Below, one piece after another: positions 34,248 to 43,671 of a DNA stretch of 64,000 bases. The stretch spans positions 931 through 64,930 of the forward strand of contig JAGUYW010000031.1 of assembly GCA_020061105.1 (NCBI GenBank), in the 5' to 3' direction. A program made the position numbers and the translations under genes. The stretch's first letter is position 1, and each line of letters starts with the position of its first letter. The stretch comes from Anaerolineales bacterium (lineage in GTDB: Bacteria > Chloroflexota > Anaerolineae > Anaerolineales > UBA4823). The notes under the pieces were generated by a model. That model was not told the DNA's origin. It made no database searches and worked only from the letters and a program-made list of their open reading frames with translations.

Positions 34248-35615
34248 ATGACTATGACAGAAACAAACTCCACCTCATTGCACATCACGCCCTGTGAAGG
34301 GCTGCGCGGCGAACTCGGTCCGGCGGGTAATGACACTACAGTTGCCCTGCCAGGCGATAAATCGCTCTCTCACCGGGCGGCTTTGCTGGCTGCCATGGCG
34401 GAGGGCGAGAGTGCGATCGATAATTTCTTGACGGCGGGTGTGACCCAGGCGATGTTGAACGCTTTGACTGAGCTAGGGGTTAAATGGCAGTTGCAGGGTC
34501 AGCGCCTGACAGTTACCGGCCTGGGCTTGCAACCCGGACAGGCGCAAAAACAGCCAACGATCGATTGCGGTAACTCCGCCACCACATTAAGATTGTTGGC
34601 GGGAGCTTTGTCAGCCTGGAATCTCTCCAGCCAGTTAGATGGTTCGCCTGGCTTGCGCCGCCGCCCGATGTGGCGAATTGTCGAGCCATTACAGCGCATG
34701 GGGGTGGCGATCCAGGCGCAAGATGGGTGCGCCCCGCTGACGATCGAGGCAGGAAAGCGACCGCTCAGAGCGATCAACTACAGCCTGCCTGTGGCAAGCG
34801 CCCAGGTAAAATCCTGTTTGCTGCTGGCTGGATTGGCTGCAGATGGCGTTACTACTTTGCGAGAGCCAGCGCCGTCGCGCGACCATACCGAACGCATGCT
34901 GCGATTGATGGGGGTCGAGGTGCGCAGCGATGGACGAGGGGTAACGCGGATTTCACCTCCTGAGCGAGCTTTGCAAGCGCTGCGCATGAGCCTGGCGGGC
35001 GATATGTCCGCTGCGGCGTTTCTGATTGTGGCGGCGTTGATCACGCCGGGATCGCAACTATTGCTGCGCCAGGTGGGCTTGAACCCGGGCCGTACAGGAC
35101 TGCTGGAGGTCTTGCAGCGCATGGGCGGGCAAATCGACATTACCCACACCAGCGACCAGTCTGGCGAGCCGGTTGGCGATATCCTGGTGCAGTCCAGCGA
35201 TTTGCAAGGTGTTCAGGTCGCTGGCGAAGTGGTGGTGCGGATGATCGATGAATTTCCTATCTTTGCGGTTGCGGCTGCGTATGCGCAGGGCGAAACGCGG
35301 GTCTCCGACGCAGCGGAACTGAAATTGAAGGAGTCGGACCGCATTGTGCAATTGTGCACCGAACTGACTGGCCTGGGGGTCCCGATCCAGCCTACAGGGG
35401 ATGGTTTTATCGTCCAGGGTGGGCGACCTGTGATCGGAGGACGAGGGCGCTCACATGGGGACCACCGCCTGGCGATGGCGCTGGTAGTGGCTGGCCTGGC
35501 GTCTCAAAAGCCAGTGGTTGTGGAAGACGCCCAGATCATTTCTGAATCTTTCCCCGGTTTTCACAAAGTGTTGAGCGCCTTGGGAGCCGAGATCAGCCTG
35601 GAGAGCGGAAAATGA
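34248..35615 (+). CDS. aroA: 3-phosphoshikimate 1-carboxyvinyltransferase (EPSP synthase)
   Basis: LPGDKSLSHRAALLAAMAEGES, CGNSATTLRLLAG, RRPM, SAQVKSCLLLAG, KESDR and DHRLAMA motifs are present. Confidence 0.92.
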   Translation: MTMTETNSTSLHITPCEGLRGELGPAGNDTTVALPGDKSLSHRAALLAAMAEGESAIDNFLTAGVTQAMLNALTELGVKWQLQGQRLTVTGLGLQPGQAQKQPTIDCGNSATTLRLLAGALSAWNLSSQLDGSPGLRRRPMWRIVEPLQRMGVAIQAQDGCAPLTIEAGKRPLRAINYSLPVASAQVKSCLLLAGLAADGVTTLREPAPSRDHTERMLRLMGVEVRSDGRGVTRISPPERALQALRMSLAGDMSAAAFLIVAALITPGSQLLLRQVGLNPGRTGLLEVLQRMGGQIDITHTSDQSGEPVGDILVQSSDLQGVQVAGEVVVRMIDEFPIFAVAAAYAQGETRVSDAAELKLKESDRIVQLCTELTGLGVPIQPTGDGFIVQGGRPVIGGRGRSHGDHRLAMALVVAGLASQKPVVVEDAQIISESFPGFHKVLSALGAEISLESGK

Positions 35616-36559
35616 TCTACGCCCTGGGATTGATCGGGTATCCGCTCGAACACAGCTTCTCGCCGGTCTTGCACGCGGCGGCTTTGCAGGCGCTGGGGTT
35701 GGTGGGCGAGTACAGTCTCTACCCAACTCCGCCACTGCCAGAGGGAGAAAAACTGCTGCAAGGCTGGTTGTCTGGCGTGCGTGAGGGCGAATTGCACGGC
35801 TTGAATGTAACCATCCCGCACAAGCAGAATGTGCAGCCATACTTAGAGCAATGTTCGGAAACGGCGCAAGCGATTGGGGCGGTGAATACGATTACCAGTC
35901 ACGGTGGAAGATTAACTGGCGAAAACACCGACGCGCCCGGTTTTTATCACGATCTTCAAGCCAGCTTGCTGGGCGTAGACCCGCCTGCCGGGCGAGCGCT
36001 GGTGTTGGGGGCAGGCGGATCGGCGCGGGCGGTGGTGTATGCCTTGCGCCAGGCAGGTTGGCGGGTGGTTGTGGCGGCGCGGCGCTTGAAGCAGGCTGAA
36101 GAATTGGTGAACCAGTTGCAACATACCACGCCGGGCAAGCCGATGAAAAGCCGCCTGCGGGCGATTGCCCTGGAAAAAGAGCGCTTGAAGGATATGCTGT
36201 TCGGACGGCGTGCCAAATCCAGCGCAGGCGGAGCGATTGATTTGATTGTCAATACCACGCCGGCCGGGATGTGGCCGGATGTGGAGGGCAATCCTTGGCC
36301 GAAAGGACTGGCGCTACCGGGAGGGGCAGCGATCTATGACCTGGTTTATAATCCTACCCAGACCAGCTTGATCCAGCGCGCCGGCGCGGCGGGGTTGCAA
36401 ACAGCCAATGGGCTGGGAATGCTGGTTGAACAGGCTGCATTGGCTTTTGAACTATGGATCGGGTTGGAAGCGCCCAGAGCGGCGATGCGCCTGGCAATCG
36501 AACAGGCTTTAAACCAGGGGCCTGAAAAGAGCAACGAAGGTATTCAAGCCGGTGAGTAG
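35612..36559 (+). CDS. aroE: Shikimate dehydrogenase
   Basis: GLIGYPLEHSFSPVLHAAA, GLNVTIPHK, NTD, VLGAGGSARAVVYAL, NTTPAGM and YDLVYNP motifs are present. There is an internal ~45-aa insertion relative to typical AroE. The start overlaps the aroA stop. Confidence 0.88.
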   Translation: MIYALGLIGYPLEHSFSPVLHAAALQALGLVGEYSLYPTPPLPEGEKLLQGWLSGVREGELHGLNVTIPHKQNVQPYLEQCSETAQAIGAVNTITSHGGRLTGENTDAPGFYHDLQASLLGVDPPAGRALVLGAGGSARAVVYALRQAGWRVVVAARRLKQAEELVNQLQHTTPGKPMKSRLRAIALEKERLKDMLFGRRAKSSAGGAIDLIVNTTPAGMWPDVEGNPWPKGLALPGGAAIYDLVYNPTQTSLIQRAGAAGLQTANGLGMLVEQAALAFELWIGLEAPRAAMRLAIEQALNQGPEKSNEGIQAGE

Positions 36560-36561
36560 AC

Positions 36562-37734
36562 ATGATTGAACCTGCGGAGCGAATGCAAGGGATGGCGGCG
36601 CACTTCTTTGCCAGGCTGAACCGGCAAATTGCAGCCATGACGGCAGATGGAATGGATGTCATTCGCCTGGATGAAGGCGCGCCCGACTTGCCGCCGCCGG
36701 CGCATATTATCGAGGCGCTGGCTCGGGCGGCTGCTAAACCAGATCGTCACAGCTACCAGCCGCACCGCGGCCCAGCCAGTTTGCGACAGGCCTGGGCGAA
36801 GATGTATGCGCGCTGTCACGGCGTGCAGATTGACCCGGAGCGGGAAGTGCTGCCGATCTTGGGCTCGAAAGAGGGCATTGTGCACCTGCCGCTGGCTTTT
36901 CTGAACCCAGGGCAGGTAGTTTTAGTCCCCGATCCAGGGTATGTGACCTACTGGCGTGGGGCGATGCTGGCTGGCGGGCGAGTAGAGACTTTCGCCCTGC
37001 GGCCTGAAAATGACTATATACCCGATTTCGAAGCCATTCCCAAAGAAGCTTTGAAAGATGCGCGCATCTTGTGGTTGAATTACCCGAATAACCCGACCGC
37101 GGCGGTAGCTTCAAAAGAATTTTTTATGCAAGCGGTGGATTTTGCGCGCCGCAACAATCTGCTGTTATGTCATGACGCCGCTTATACCCAGGTGACTTTC
37201 GATGGGCAGCGGGCGGCGAGCATCCTGGAAGCGCCAGGGGCGAAGGATACGGCGGTGGAATTCAATACGCTGTCTAAATCGCATAATATGGCCGGCTGGC
37301 GGGTGGGGGCGTTGGTTGGTAATCCAGAAGTGATCGAGCTCTTTCATCGTTTGAAAACCAACCTCGACAGTGGGCACTTCTTGCCAATTATGGAGGCGGC
37401 CGCGGTGGCCTTGACGGGCGACCAAACCTGGATCGAAGAACGCAATTTGATCTACCAGGAACGGCGCGATGTTCTACTAAGCGCCTTACGCAGCCTGGGG
37501 TGGGAAGTGAAAACGCCACACGCTTCGTTGTATGTGTGGAGTCCCGTACCGCCAGGTTGGGATTGCGAGGATTTTGCAGAGCAGGCGCTGCAGCAGGCCC
37601 AGGTCAGCCTGACTCCGGGGACGGTGTTTGGTACAGGCGGGGCTGGTTTTGTGCGGATTTCGATTACCACCCCGCGGCAGCGCATCGAACAGGCAGGTGA
37701 ACGGTTGATCCAGTGGATGGGAGGCAGGCAATGA
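36562..37734 (+). CDS. Class I/II PLP-dependent aminotransferase (probably aromatic/prephenate aminotransferase, by context)
   Basis: LDEGAPDLPPP, LNYPNNPT and the PLP-lysine motif FNTLSKSHNMAGWRVG are present. Substrate assignment rests only on operon context. Confidence 0.7.
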   Translation: MIEPAERMQGMAAHFFARLNRQIAAMTADGMDVIRLDEGAPDLPPPAHIIEALARAAAKPDRHSYQPHRGPASLRQAWAKMYARCHGVQIDPEREVLPILGSKEGIVHLPLAFLNPGQVVLVPDPGYVTYWRGAMLAGGRVETFALRPENDYIPDFEAIPKEALKDARILWLNYPNNPTAAVASKEFFMQAVDFARRNNLLLCHDAAYTQVTFDGQRAASILEAPGAKDTAVEFNTLSKSHNMAGWRVGALVGNPEVIELFHRLKTNLDSGHFLPIMEAAAVALTGDQTWIEERNLIYQERRDVLLSALRSLGWEVKTPHASLYVWSPVPPGWDCEDFAEQALQQAQVSLTPGTVFGTGGAGFVRISITTPRQRIEQAGERLIQWMGGRQ

Positions 37735-38912
37735 GTTTTACCAGCCGTTTACGTTTTCTCACGGCCGGCGAGTCGCACGGTCCAGGTCTGACAGCCATCC
37801 TGGATGGGATGGTAGCCGGGCTGGCGCTGGATGAAAGTGTGATCAACGCAGAACTGGCGCGCCGCCAGCGAGGTTTCGGAGCTGGGCCGCGCATGAAGAT
37901 TGAGCGCGATCAGGCGCGCATCACCGGCGGTGTGATGGCAGGACTGACGACCGGCGCGCCGATTTCTTTTTGGATCGAAAATCGCGATCACGAGAAATGG
38001 AAAGGTAAAACGGTTGATCCATTCACCGCCCCACGACCAGGGCACGCCGACCTGACCGGGGCGATCAAATATGGCTACCGAGACCTGCGACCGGCGCTGG
38101 AACGCGCCTCGGCCCGCGAAACCGCCGCCCGGGTGGCGGTGGGCGCCGTGTGCAAACACTTCCTGGCGCAGTTGGGCGTGCAGACGGGCGGCTATGTGCA
38201 GGCGATTGGAGAAATCCAGGCTGACGTGAGCGCTATTGCGCTGGCAGAGCGCCAGGCCTTGGCTGAGAGGAATGACGTGCGCTGTCCTGACCCACAGGCG
38301 GCTGAGGCGATGATCGAGCGCATACGCCGAGTGATCCAGGAACGCGATACCCTGGGAGGGGTGATCGAAGTGTTTGCTATTGGACTGCCATCTGGGTTAG
38401 GGTCGCATGTGCAATGGGATCGCCGGCTGGAGGCGCGCCTGGGAGCGGCTTTGCTGAGCGTGCAAGCCATCAAAGGAGTCGAAATCGGCCCGGCTTTCGA
38501 GAATGCACGCCTGCCCGGGACGCAGGCGCACGACGCAATCCGATTGGAGGGCGATGAGTTGAAGCGCCCAACTGACCGGTCGGGCGGCCTGGAAGGTGGG
38601 ATCACCACTGGTGGGGCGCTGCTGCTGCGAGCAGCCATGAAGCCGATCGCCACCACCCTGACGCCGCAGCAAACGGTTGACCTGGCGAGCGGCAAAGAGG
38701 CGCCCACGCGCTACGAGCGCTCGGATTTTTGCCCGGTACCACGCGCCGCGCCAATTCTGGAAGCCATGCTGGCTTTTATCCTGGCAGACGCGTTGTTGGA
38801 GAAGCTAGGCGGCGATTCGATGGAGGAAGTGTTGCCCCGCCTGGCCAGCTTGCGGCGCGCCCATCTGCAGGATTTACCGATGGACAACAGCGGGCAAATC
38901 TTTTGGCCGTGA
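37731..38912 (+). CDS. aroC: Chorismate synthase
   Basis: RFLTAGESHGPGL, RQRGFGAGPRM, RPGHADL, ERASARETAARVA, GGLEGGI and RSDFCPVPRA motifs are present. ATG 37731 overlaps the upstream stop (ATGA). Confidence 0.92.
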   Translation: MSFTSRLRFLTAGESHGPGLTAILDGMVAGLALDESVINAELARRQRGFGAGPRMKIERDQARITGGVMAGLTTGAPISFWIENRDHEKWKGKTVDPFTAPRPGHADLTGAIKYGYRDLRPALERASARETAARVAVGAVCKHFLAQLGVQTGGYVQAIGEIQADVSAIALAERQALAERNDVRCPDPQAAEAMIERIRRVIQERDTLGGVIEVFAIGLPSGLGSHVQWDRRLEARLGAALLSVQAIKGVEIGPAFENARLPGTQAHDAIRLEGDELKRPTDRSGGLEGGITTGGALLLRAAMKPIATTLTPQQTVDLASGKEAPTRYERSDFCPVPRAAPILEAMLAFILADALLEKLGGDSMEEVLPRLASLRRAHLQDLPMDNSGQIFWP

Positions 38913-38959
38913 AACCATTTGCCTCCTTTGGACGTCTATTTACCAGGAGGAACAATAAA

Positions 38960-40276
38960 ATGAAGAAGATAAGCTATTCCCGATGGATCTCCGGCGTTGT
39001 AATGATCGCCCTGCTTGGTGTGCAACTGGCGGCTTGTTCGACGCCGCTGCCAATCCCCGGCGGTGGGGGGGCTGCCAAGATCGCTCAATCCGAATTGAAG
39101 CGCAATGCGTCTCCACAGGTGGAGGGGACGGATTTGCAAGCTTTGGCGCAGGGCAACAGCGCTTTTGCCTTCGACCTTTACCAAGCTGTAAAGGGTGAAG
39201 CAGGCAACCTGTTTTTCTCACCGCTCAGCCTTTCGCTGGCCCTGGCGATGACTTACGCCGGGGCGCGCGGCGATACGGCGACGCAAATGGCGCAAACCCT
39301 GCATTTTACTTTACCGCAAGAAAGGCTGCACCCGGCTTTCAACCGGCTGGATTTAGAACTCACGGCGCAGCAGCCGGCTGGCAAAGATAAAGCGCAGCCT
39401 TTCGAACTCAGTATTGCCAACAGCCTGTGGGGCGAGCAAAGCTACCAGTTCTTGCCCGAATTTCTGGATGTGATCTCGCTCAATTATGGGGCGGGAATGC
39501 GGCTGGTCGATTTTGTTGGGGCGGCTGAAGGCGCCCGGCAGGCGATTAACGATTGGGTCTCGCAGGAGACGCGCAAGAAGATCGAAAACCTGATCCCGCC
39601 TGGGGCGCTTTCACCAGCGACCCGGTTGGTATTAGCCAACGCCATTTACTTCAAAGCGGATTGGCTGCACCCGTTCTCGCACGACGCGACCCGAGACCAG
39701 CCGTTTAAGTTGCTGGATGGAGGGCAGGTATCTGTCCCGATGATGCAGTTGGATCGCCCGACGAGACTCAATTATATGGCGGGAGAGGGCTTTCAGGCCG
39801 TGGAATTGCCCTATCAGGGCGAAAGCGTTTCGATGTTAGTCTTGCTACCTGATGAGGGTAATTTCGCCGGATTTGAAGACAATTTAACCGCCGAACAGTT
39901 GAATGCTATCCGGGAGGCCATGCAGCAACAGTCCGTGATGGTTAGGCTGCCGAAATTCAGCTTCGAGAAAGAAATAGGATTGGCGGATACCATGGCGCAA
40001 ATGGGGATGCCGGATGCCTTTTGCGGTGGGCAGACAGATTTCTCCGGCATCGATGGCAGCGGCGGTTTGTGCATCAGCCAAATTTTTCACAAAGCTTTTG
40101 TGGCCGTGGACGAAAAGGGCACCGAAGCGGCGGCTGCTTCAGCGGTGGTGATGATGGAGTCGGCGATCATCTCGAGTGTGGATTTCATCGTCGATCGACC
40201 GTTTCTATTTATCATCCTGGAGCACAGCACGGGCAGCGTGTTGTTTGTCGGTCGCGTGCACGACCCTTCACCATAA
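38960..40276 (+). CDS. Serpin-family protease inhibitor with lipoprotein signal peptide
   Basis: MKKISYSRWISGVVMIALLGVQLAAC carries a lipobox. The serpin core includes NSAFAFDLYQ, NLFFSPLSLSLALAMTYAGARGDT and NAIYFKADW. The inhibitory-type hinge is DEKGTEAAAASAVV, followed by DRPFLFII. AGGAGG lies upstream of ATG 38960. Confidence 0.85.
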   Translation: MKKISYSRWISGVVMIALLGVQLAACSTPLPIPGGGGAAKIAQSELKRNASPQVEGTDLQALAQGNSAFAFDLYQAVKGEAGNLFFSPLSLSLALAMTYAGARGDTATQMAQTLHFTLPQERLHPAFNRLDLELTAQQPAGKDKAQPFELSIANSLWGEQSYQFLPEFLDVISLNYGAGMRLVDFVGAAEGARQAINDWVSQETRKKIENLIPPGALSPATRLVLANAIYFKADWLHPFSHDATRDQPFKLLDGGQVSVPMMQLDRPTRLNYMAGEGFQAVELPYQGESVSMLVLLPDEGNFAGFEDNLTAEQLNAIREAMQQQSVMVRLPKFSFEKEIGLADTMAQMGMPDAFCGGQTDFSGIDGSGGLCISQIFHKAFVAVDEKGTEAAAASAVVMMESAIISSVDFIVDRPFLFIILEHSTGSVLFVGRVHDPSP

Positions 40277-40287
40277 GAGGCGAATAG

Positions 40288-41850
40288 ATGGATTGGGTGT
40301 TTCTATATGGCCCGCCAGGTTCAGGAAAATCTGCTTTAGCGCGCCAGCTTGCTCAAAGCCTGCAAAAGCCTTTGATTGACCTGGATGAACGCATCGCTCT
40401 GCAGGCGGGATGTTCGATTCCGGAAATTTTCGAGTCCGAGGGCGAAACAGGCTTTCGGGAGCGTGAACGAACTGCGCTGTATGAGGCTTTGAAGCAACCG
40501 GCTGGAGTGCTAGCGTTGGGCGGCGGAACGCTGCTAGACCCCGCTAACCGCCAGTTGGTGGAGAAGGCTGGCAGCGTACTTTGTTTGCAAGCGCCTTTCG
40601 AGACCCTGGCCAGGCGTTTGAAAAACGACGCCAACCAACGCCCTCTACTGGAGGGAGAACTGCTGGAGCGTTTACGGGGATTGATGCAAGAACGACAATC
40701 GCATTATGATTCGTTTCCAATTTCCCTGGAGGTGGGCGCTGCTTCGCTGGCAGAAGCAGCCTGGGAGGCGCAGATTCGGCTGGGAACTTTCCACGTTTCT
40801 GGAATGGGGGCCGGTTACGATGTGCGCGTGGTCGAAGGTGGGCTGGCGCGCCTGGGAGAGATGCTGGCGCCGCGCCGGTTGAACGCTCCGGTTGCGGTGG
40901 TGAGCGATGAAAACGTGGCGCGCCTGTACCTGGAAGCGGTGGTCGAGTCTTTGATGAAAGCGGGCTATGCCGCGACCGGTATTGAGATTGCAGCGGGAGA
41001 GCAGCACAAGAACTTAGCGACGGTGCAGCGGTTGTATGATGTATTTCTGGAAATGAAGTTAGAGCGCAGCAGCACGGTGATTGCTCTGGGCGGCGGAGTG
41101 GTGGGCGACCTGGCGGGCTTTGCGGCGGCGACTTACCTGCGTGGAGTAAAGTGGGTGGCGGTTCCAACCACCACCTTGGCGATGGTGGATGCCAGCCTGG
41201 GCGGAAAAACTGGAGTGGACCTGCCGCAAGGCAAAAACCTGGTGGGCGCTTTTCACCCACCGAGCCTGGTATTTGCCGACCCGCAAGTATTGGCCAGCCT
41301 GCCGGTCGAAGAAATGCGCAATGGCCTGGCGGAGGCCCTCAAGCATGGGCTGATCGCAGACCCGCAATTGTTTGAGATGTGCCAGCAGGATTGGGAAGAT
41401 TTACAGGGCCGGTGGGGCGATTTGGTACGCCGGGCGATGGCAGTTAAGGTCGGCGTGATTACTGCTGACCCTTATGAAAAGGGCGAGCGAGCGCTTCTGA
41501 ACCTGGGGCATACCCTGGGACACGCCGTGGAGCAGGCCAGCGATTATCGTGTCCGTCATGGTGAGGCGGTGGCGATTGGCATGCTGGCTGCGACGCGCCT
41601 GGCGGAGAAGCGCGAGATTGCGGAGGCTGGGTTGGCGCAGGCGGTTCGAAGCGCATTGCAGCGGATGGGACTGCCGACCCGCATCCCGGCAGGTCTGGCG
41701 CAAGAACGCCTGGTGGCTGCCATGCAGGTGGACAAAAAGGTAAGGGACGGCGTGACGCGCTTTGTTTTGCCGGTCAAGGTAGGGCAGGCGCGCTGGGGGG
41801 TGGCAGTAGATGATCTTAATGAAGTGATCGAACTGGCGATGGAGGACTAG
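40288..41850 (+). CDS. aroKB: Bifunctional shikimate kinase / 3-dehydroquinate synthase fusion
   Basis: The N-terminal ~170 aa are shikimate kinase ([20 protein letters not shown]). The remainder is DHQ synthase ([48 protein letters not shown]). Confidence 0.9.
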   Translation: MDWVFLYGPPGSGKSALARQLAQSLQKPLIDLDERIALQAGCSIPEIFESEGETGFRERERTALYEALKQPAGVLALGGGTLLDPANRQLVEKAGSVLCLQAPFETLARRLKNDANQRPLLEGELLERLRGLMQERQSHYDSFPISLEVGAASLAEAAWEAQIRLGTFHVSGMGAGYDVRVVEGGLARLGEMLAPRRLNAPVAVVSDENVARLYLEAVVESLMKAGYAATGIEIAAGEQHKNLATVQRLYDVFLEMKLERSSTVIALGGGVVGDLAGFAAATYLRGVKWVAVPTTTLAMVDASLGGKTGVDLPQGKNLVGAFHPPSLVFADPQVLASLPVEEMRNGLAEALKHGLIADPQLFEMCQQDWEDLQGRWGDLVRRAMAVKVGVITADPYEKGERALLNLGHTLGHAVEQASDYRVRHGEAVAIGMLAATRLAEKREIAEAGLAQAVRSALQRMGLPTRIPAGLAQERLVAAMQVDKKVRDGVTRFVLPVKVGQARWGVAVDDLNEVIELAMED

Positions 41851-41852
41851 CA

Positions 41853-42287
41853 ATGCGATCGATTCTGGTTTTACACGGACCGAATTTGAACTTACTGGGC
41901 GAGCGTGAGCCTGAGACTTACGGGCGAATGACCCTGACGGAGATCGATGCAAAATTGATCGAGTTGGGAAAGCAGCTTGGATTTGAAGTCAGATGCCGGC
42001 AGTCCAACCATGAGGGGGAATTGATCGACGCATTGCAGGAGGCGCGCTCCTGGGCGGTTGGGGTGGTGTTTAACCCGGGAGGGTATTCGCATACTTCGGT
42101 AGCCTTGCGGGATGCTGTTGCAGCCATATCCATTCCAGTGATCGAAGTGCATCTATCCAATATTCACGCCCGCGAAAAGTTCCGGCGGCGTTCGATGATC
42201 GCGCCGGCCTGCGTGGGCAGCATTTGCGGCTTTGGATGGACTTCTTACGCTTTGGGGCTTTATGGGCTGGCGGAATTGATTCCGTAA
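41853..42287 (+). CDS. aroQ: Type II 3-dehydroquinate dehydratase
   Basis: [46 protein letters not shown] and [14 protein letters not shown] are present. Confidence 0.92.
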   Translation: MRSILVLHGPNLNLLGEREPETYGRMTLTEIDAKLIELGKQLGFEVRCRQSNHEGELIDALQEARSWAVGVVFNPGGYSHTSVALRDAVAAISIPVIEVHLSNIHAREKFRRRSMIAPACVGSICGFGWTSYALGLYGLAELIP

Positions 42288-42304
42288 TTCGAGAAGTTCG
42301 TTCG

Positions 42305-42347
42305 ACGGGCGCCTGGCAAGAATTTTCATGCCTGGCGCCCGTTTTTT
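42305..42347 (+). terminator. Rho-independent terminator ending the aro operon
   Basis: ACGGGCGCCTGGCA pairs with TGCCTGGCGCCCGT (one central mismatch) and is followed by TTTTTT at 42342-42347. Confidence 0.7.
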
Positions 42348-42350
42348 GAC

Positions 42351-42737
42351 TCAGTTTGGTTCGTCCAGTTCGCCTTCTTCGAAGATGTCGAAAAACAAGA
42401 GCATCGCAGCCGCGCCTTCGACCGAATCTTGCATCCCGACTACTTTCCCCAGGTATAGATCGCCTTCTTCGCTATAGCCGTAGATTTCGCCTTCTTCAGT
42501 GACATAGCCGATGTCTTCTTCATCGTCTTCTTCGTAAATGCCAATGATGTTGCCTTCGTCGGTGATATAACCCATCAGGTCTTCATCTTCATCGTAAACA
42601 TCGCCTTCTTCATAATCGACATAGCCGATGTACTCATCCTGACCTGACTCGACATCGTAGACTTTGCCTTGCTCATCAATCCGGCCAATCAACTTATCCG
42701 GCAGAAGCGGTACATCACGATAAATTTTTATGTCCAT
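42351..42737 (-). CDS. Hypothetical highly acidic tandem-repeat protein
   Basis: 128 aa with Asp+Glu visibly dominant. The module (I/L/M)GY(V/I)(D/T)xEGx(I/V)Y recurs several times: IGYVDYEEGDVY, MGYITDEGNIIGIY, IGYVTEEGEIYGY. Confidence 0.5.
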   Translation of the reverse strand: MDIKIYRDVPLLPDKLIGRIDEQGKVYDVESGQDEYIGYVDYEEGDVYDEDEDLMGYITDEGNIIGIYEEDDEEDIGYVTEEGEIYGYSEEGDLYLGKVVGMQDSVEGAAAMLLFFDIFEEGELDEPN

Positions 42738-42841
42738 GCTAATCTCCTGGGATTTAACTGGAAATTGGTATTTTGCCCATTGTAATCGAAATCTGCGAAT
42801 TCCAGCAGATCAAATGCCTAGCCGGAATCGGCGTGACAGGA

Positions 42842-43630
42842 TTATGGGCGTTGGAGCATATACAACCCGATATTATCGACCAGGATATCGCCTTCGAAGT
42901 TTTTCTCTGCCCACATGGTGATCCAGATGCCGGTAACTCCAGGCGGGAAGAACAATTCCTGGGTGTTGACAGTCAGCCAGGATGGGCGCGTCCAGACTAT
43001 GGGAGTCCACTCGCCCACTTTGAGAACATAACGGGCTTTCGACCAATGTTGGTCCTGCCCTGAGATGCTACGCACCTGGAATTCGGCCTGGAAAGTATTG
43101 CCGATGGTGTCGAGCGAGGTAGGCACCTTGATATAGGCGATCACGGCGTCTGTCAAGCGAAGTTGCCAGGATTCGGCTGGTTCGTATTTCAGGCAAACCA
43201 TTTGGTTCAAGGTTATCGCCTGACCTGCTTCTGGGCCCTGCAATTCGGTACTCAGGCGCAGAAAACCGTTGCCCTGGTTAGCCTGGATCGGGTCGGTTTC
43301 TAGCATGGAAGAAGCAGGGGCGCAGTTCGTATCGACCGCCCAATCCTGGAGGCTTTCTTCGAATGCGAAATCTTGAAGGCGCCAGAACGGCTCACGCGCC
43401 TGGCTTTTCGGTTCGACAACCACAAAGGGCGTGATGCGGTCGCCGATCCACAGGCCGCTGGTGAACAGGGCCAGGCCGAGAGCGAAAAGCAGCACGATCC
43501 AGGCGTTGGTTTGCTGGTGTTTATGGAGCGGGGGCTTGCGGATAAAGAGCAAAAAGATACAAACGGCCATGGTAGCCAGAGCGATGCCCAGCAAGCTCAT
43601 GTAAAGCGGGGTGTAAAGAGTAGTTTGCAT
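42842..43630 (-). CDS. Membrane-anchored hypothetical protein with C-terminal beta-sandwich (CBM-like) domain
   Basis: Two N-terminal TM helices, then a ~190-aa Trp-rich domain ending ...WAEKNFEGDILVDNIGLY, reminiscent of carbohydrate-binding jelly-rolls. No firm family call. Confidence 0.35.
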   Translation of the reverse strand: MQTTLYTPLYMSLLGIALATMAVCIFLLFIRKPPLHKHQQTNAWIVLLFALGLALFTSGLWIGDRITPFVVVEPKSQAREPFWRLQDFAFEESLQDWAVDTNCAPASSMLETDPIQANQGNGFLRLSTELQGPEAGQAITLNQMVCLKYEPAESWQLRLTDAVIAYIKVPTSLDTIGNTFQAEFQVRSISGQDQHWSKARYVLKVGEWTPIVWTRPSWLTVNTQELFFPPGVTGIWITMWAEKNFEGDILVDNIGLYMLQRP

Positions 43631-43671
43631 AGTTTCTTCTCCAAAAAGATTTAATATCGGGGGTCGGCGGT

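Noticed and set aside
38729-38959. 77-aa N-terminal extension of the serpin ORF, and similar extended starts at 362, 21018, 23937, 25736, 27171, 31898, 33315, 37713, 45920 and 49135.
   Set aside because: The extensions overlap the 3' ends of upstream genes, are Arg/Gly-rich and lack RBS sites. Internal starts have Shine-Dalgarno sequences and give N-termini matching the protein families (signal peptides, Rossmann motifs).
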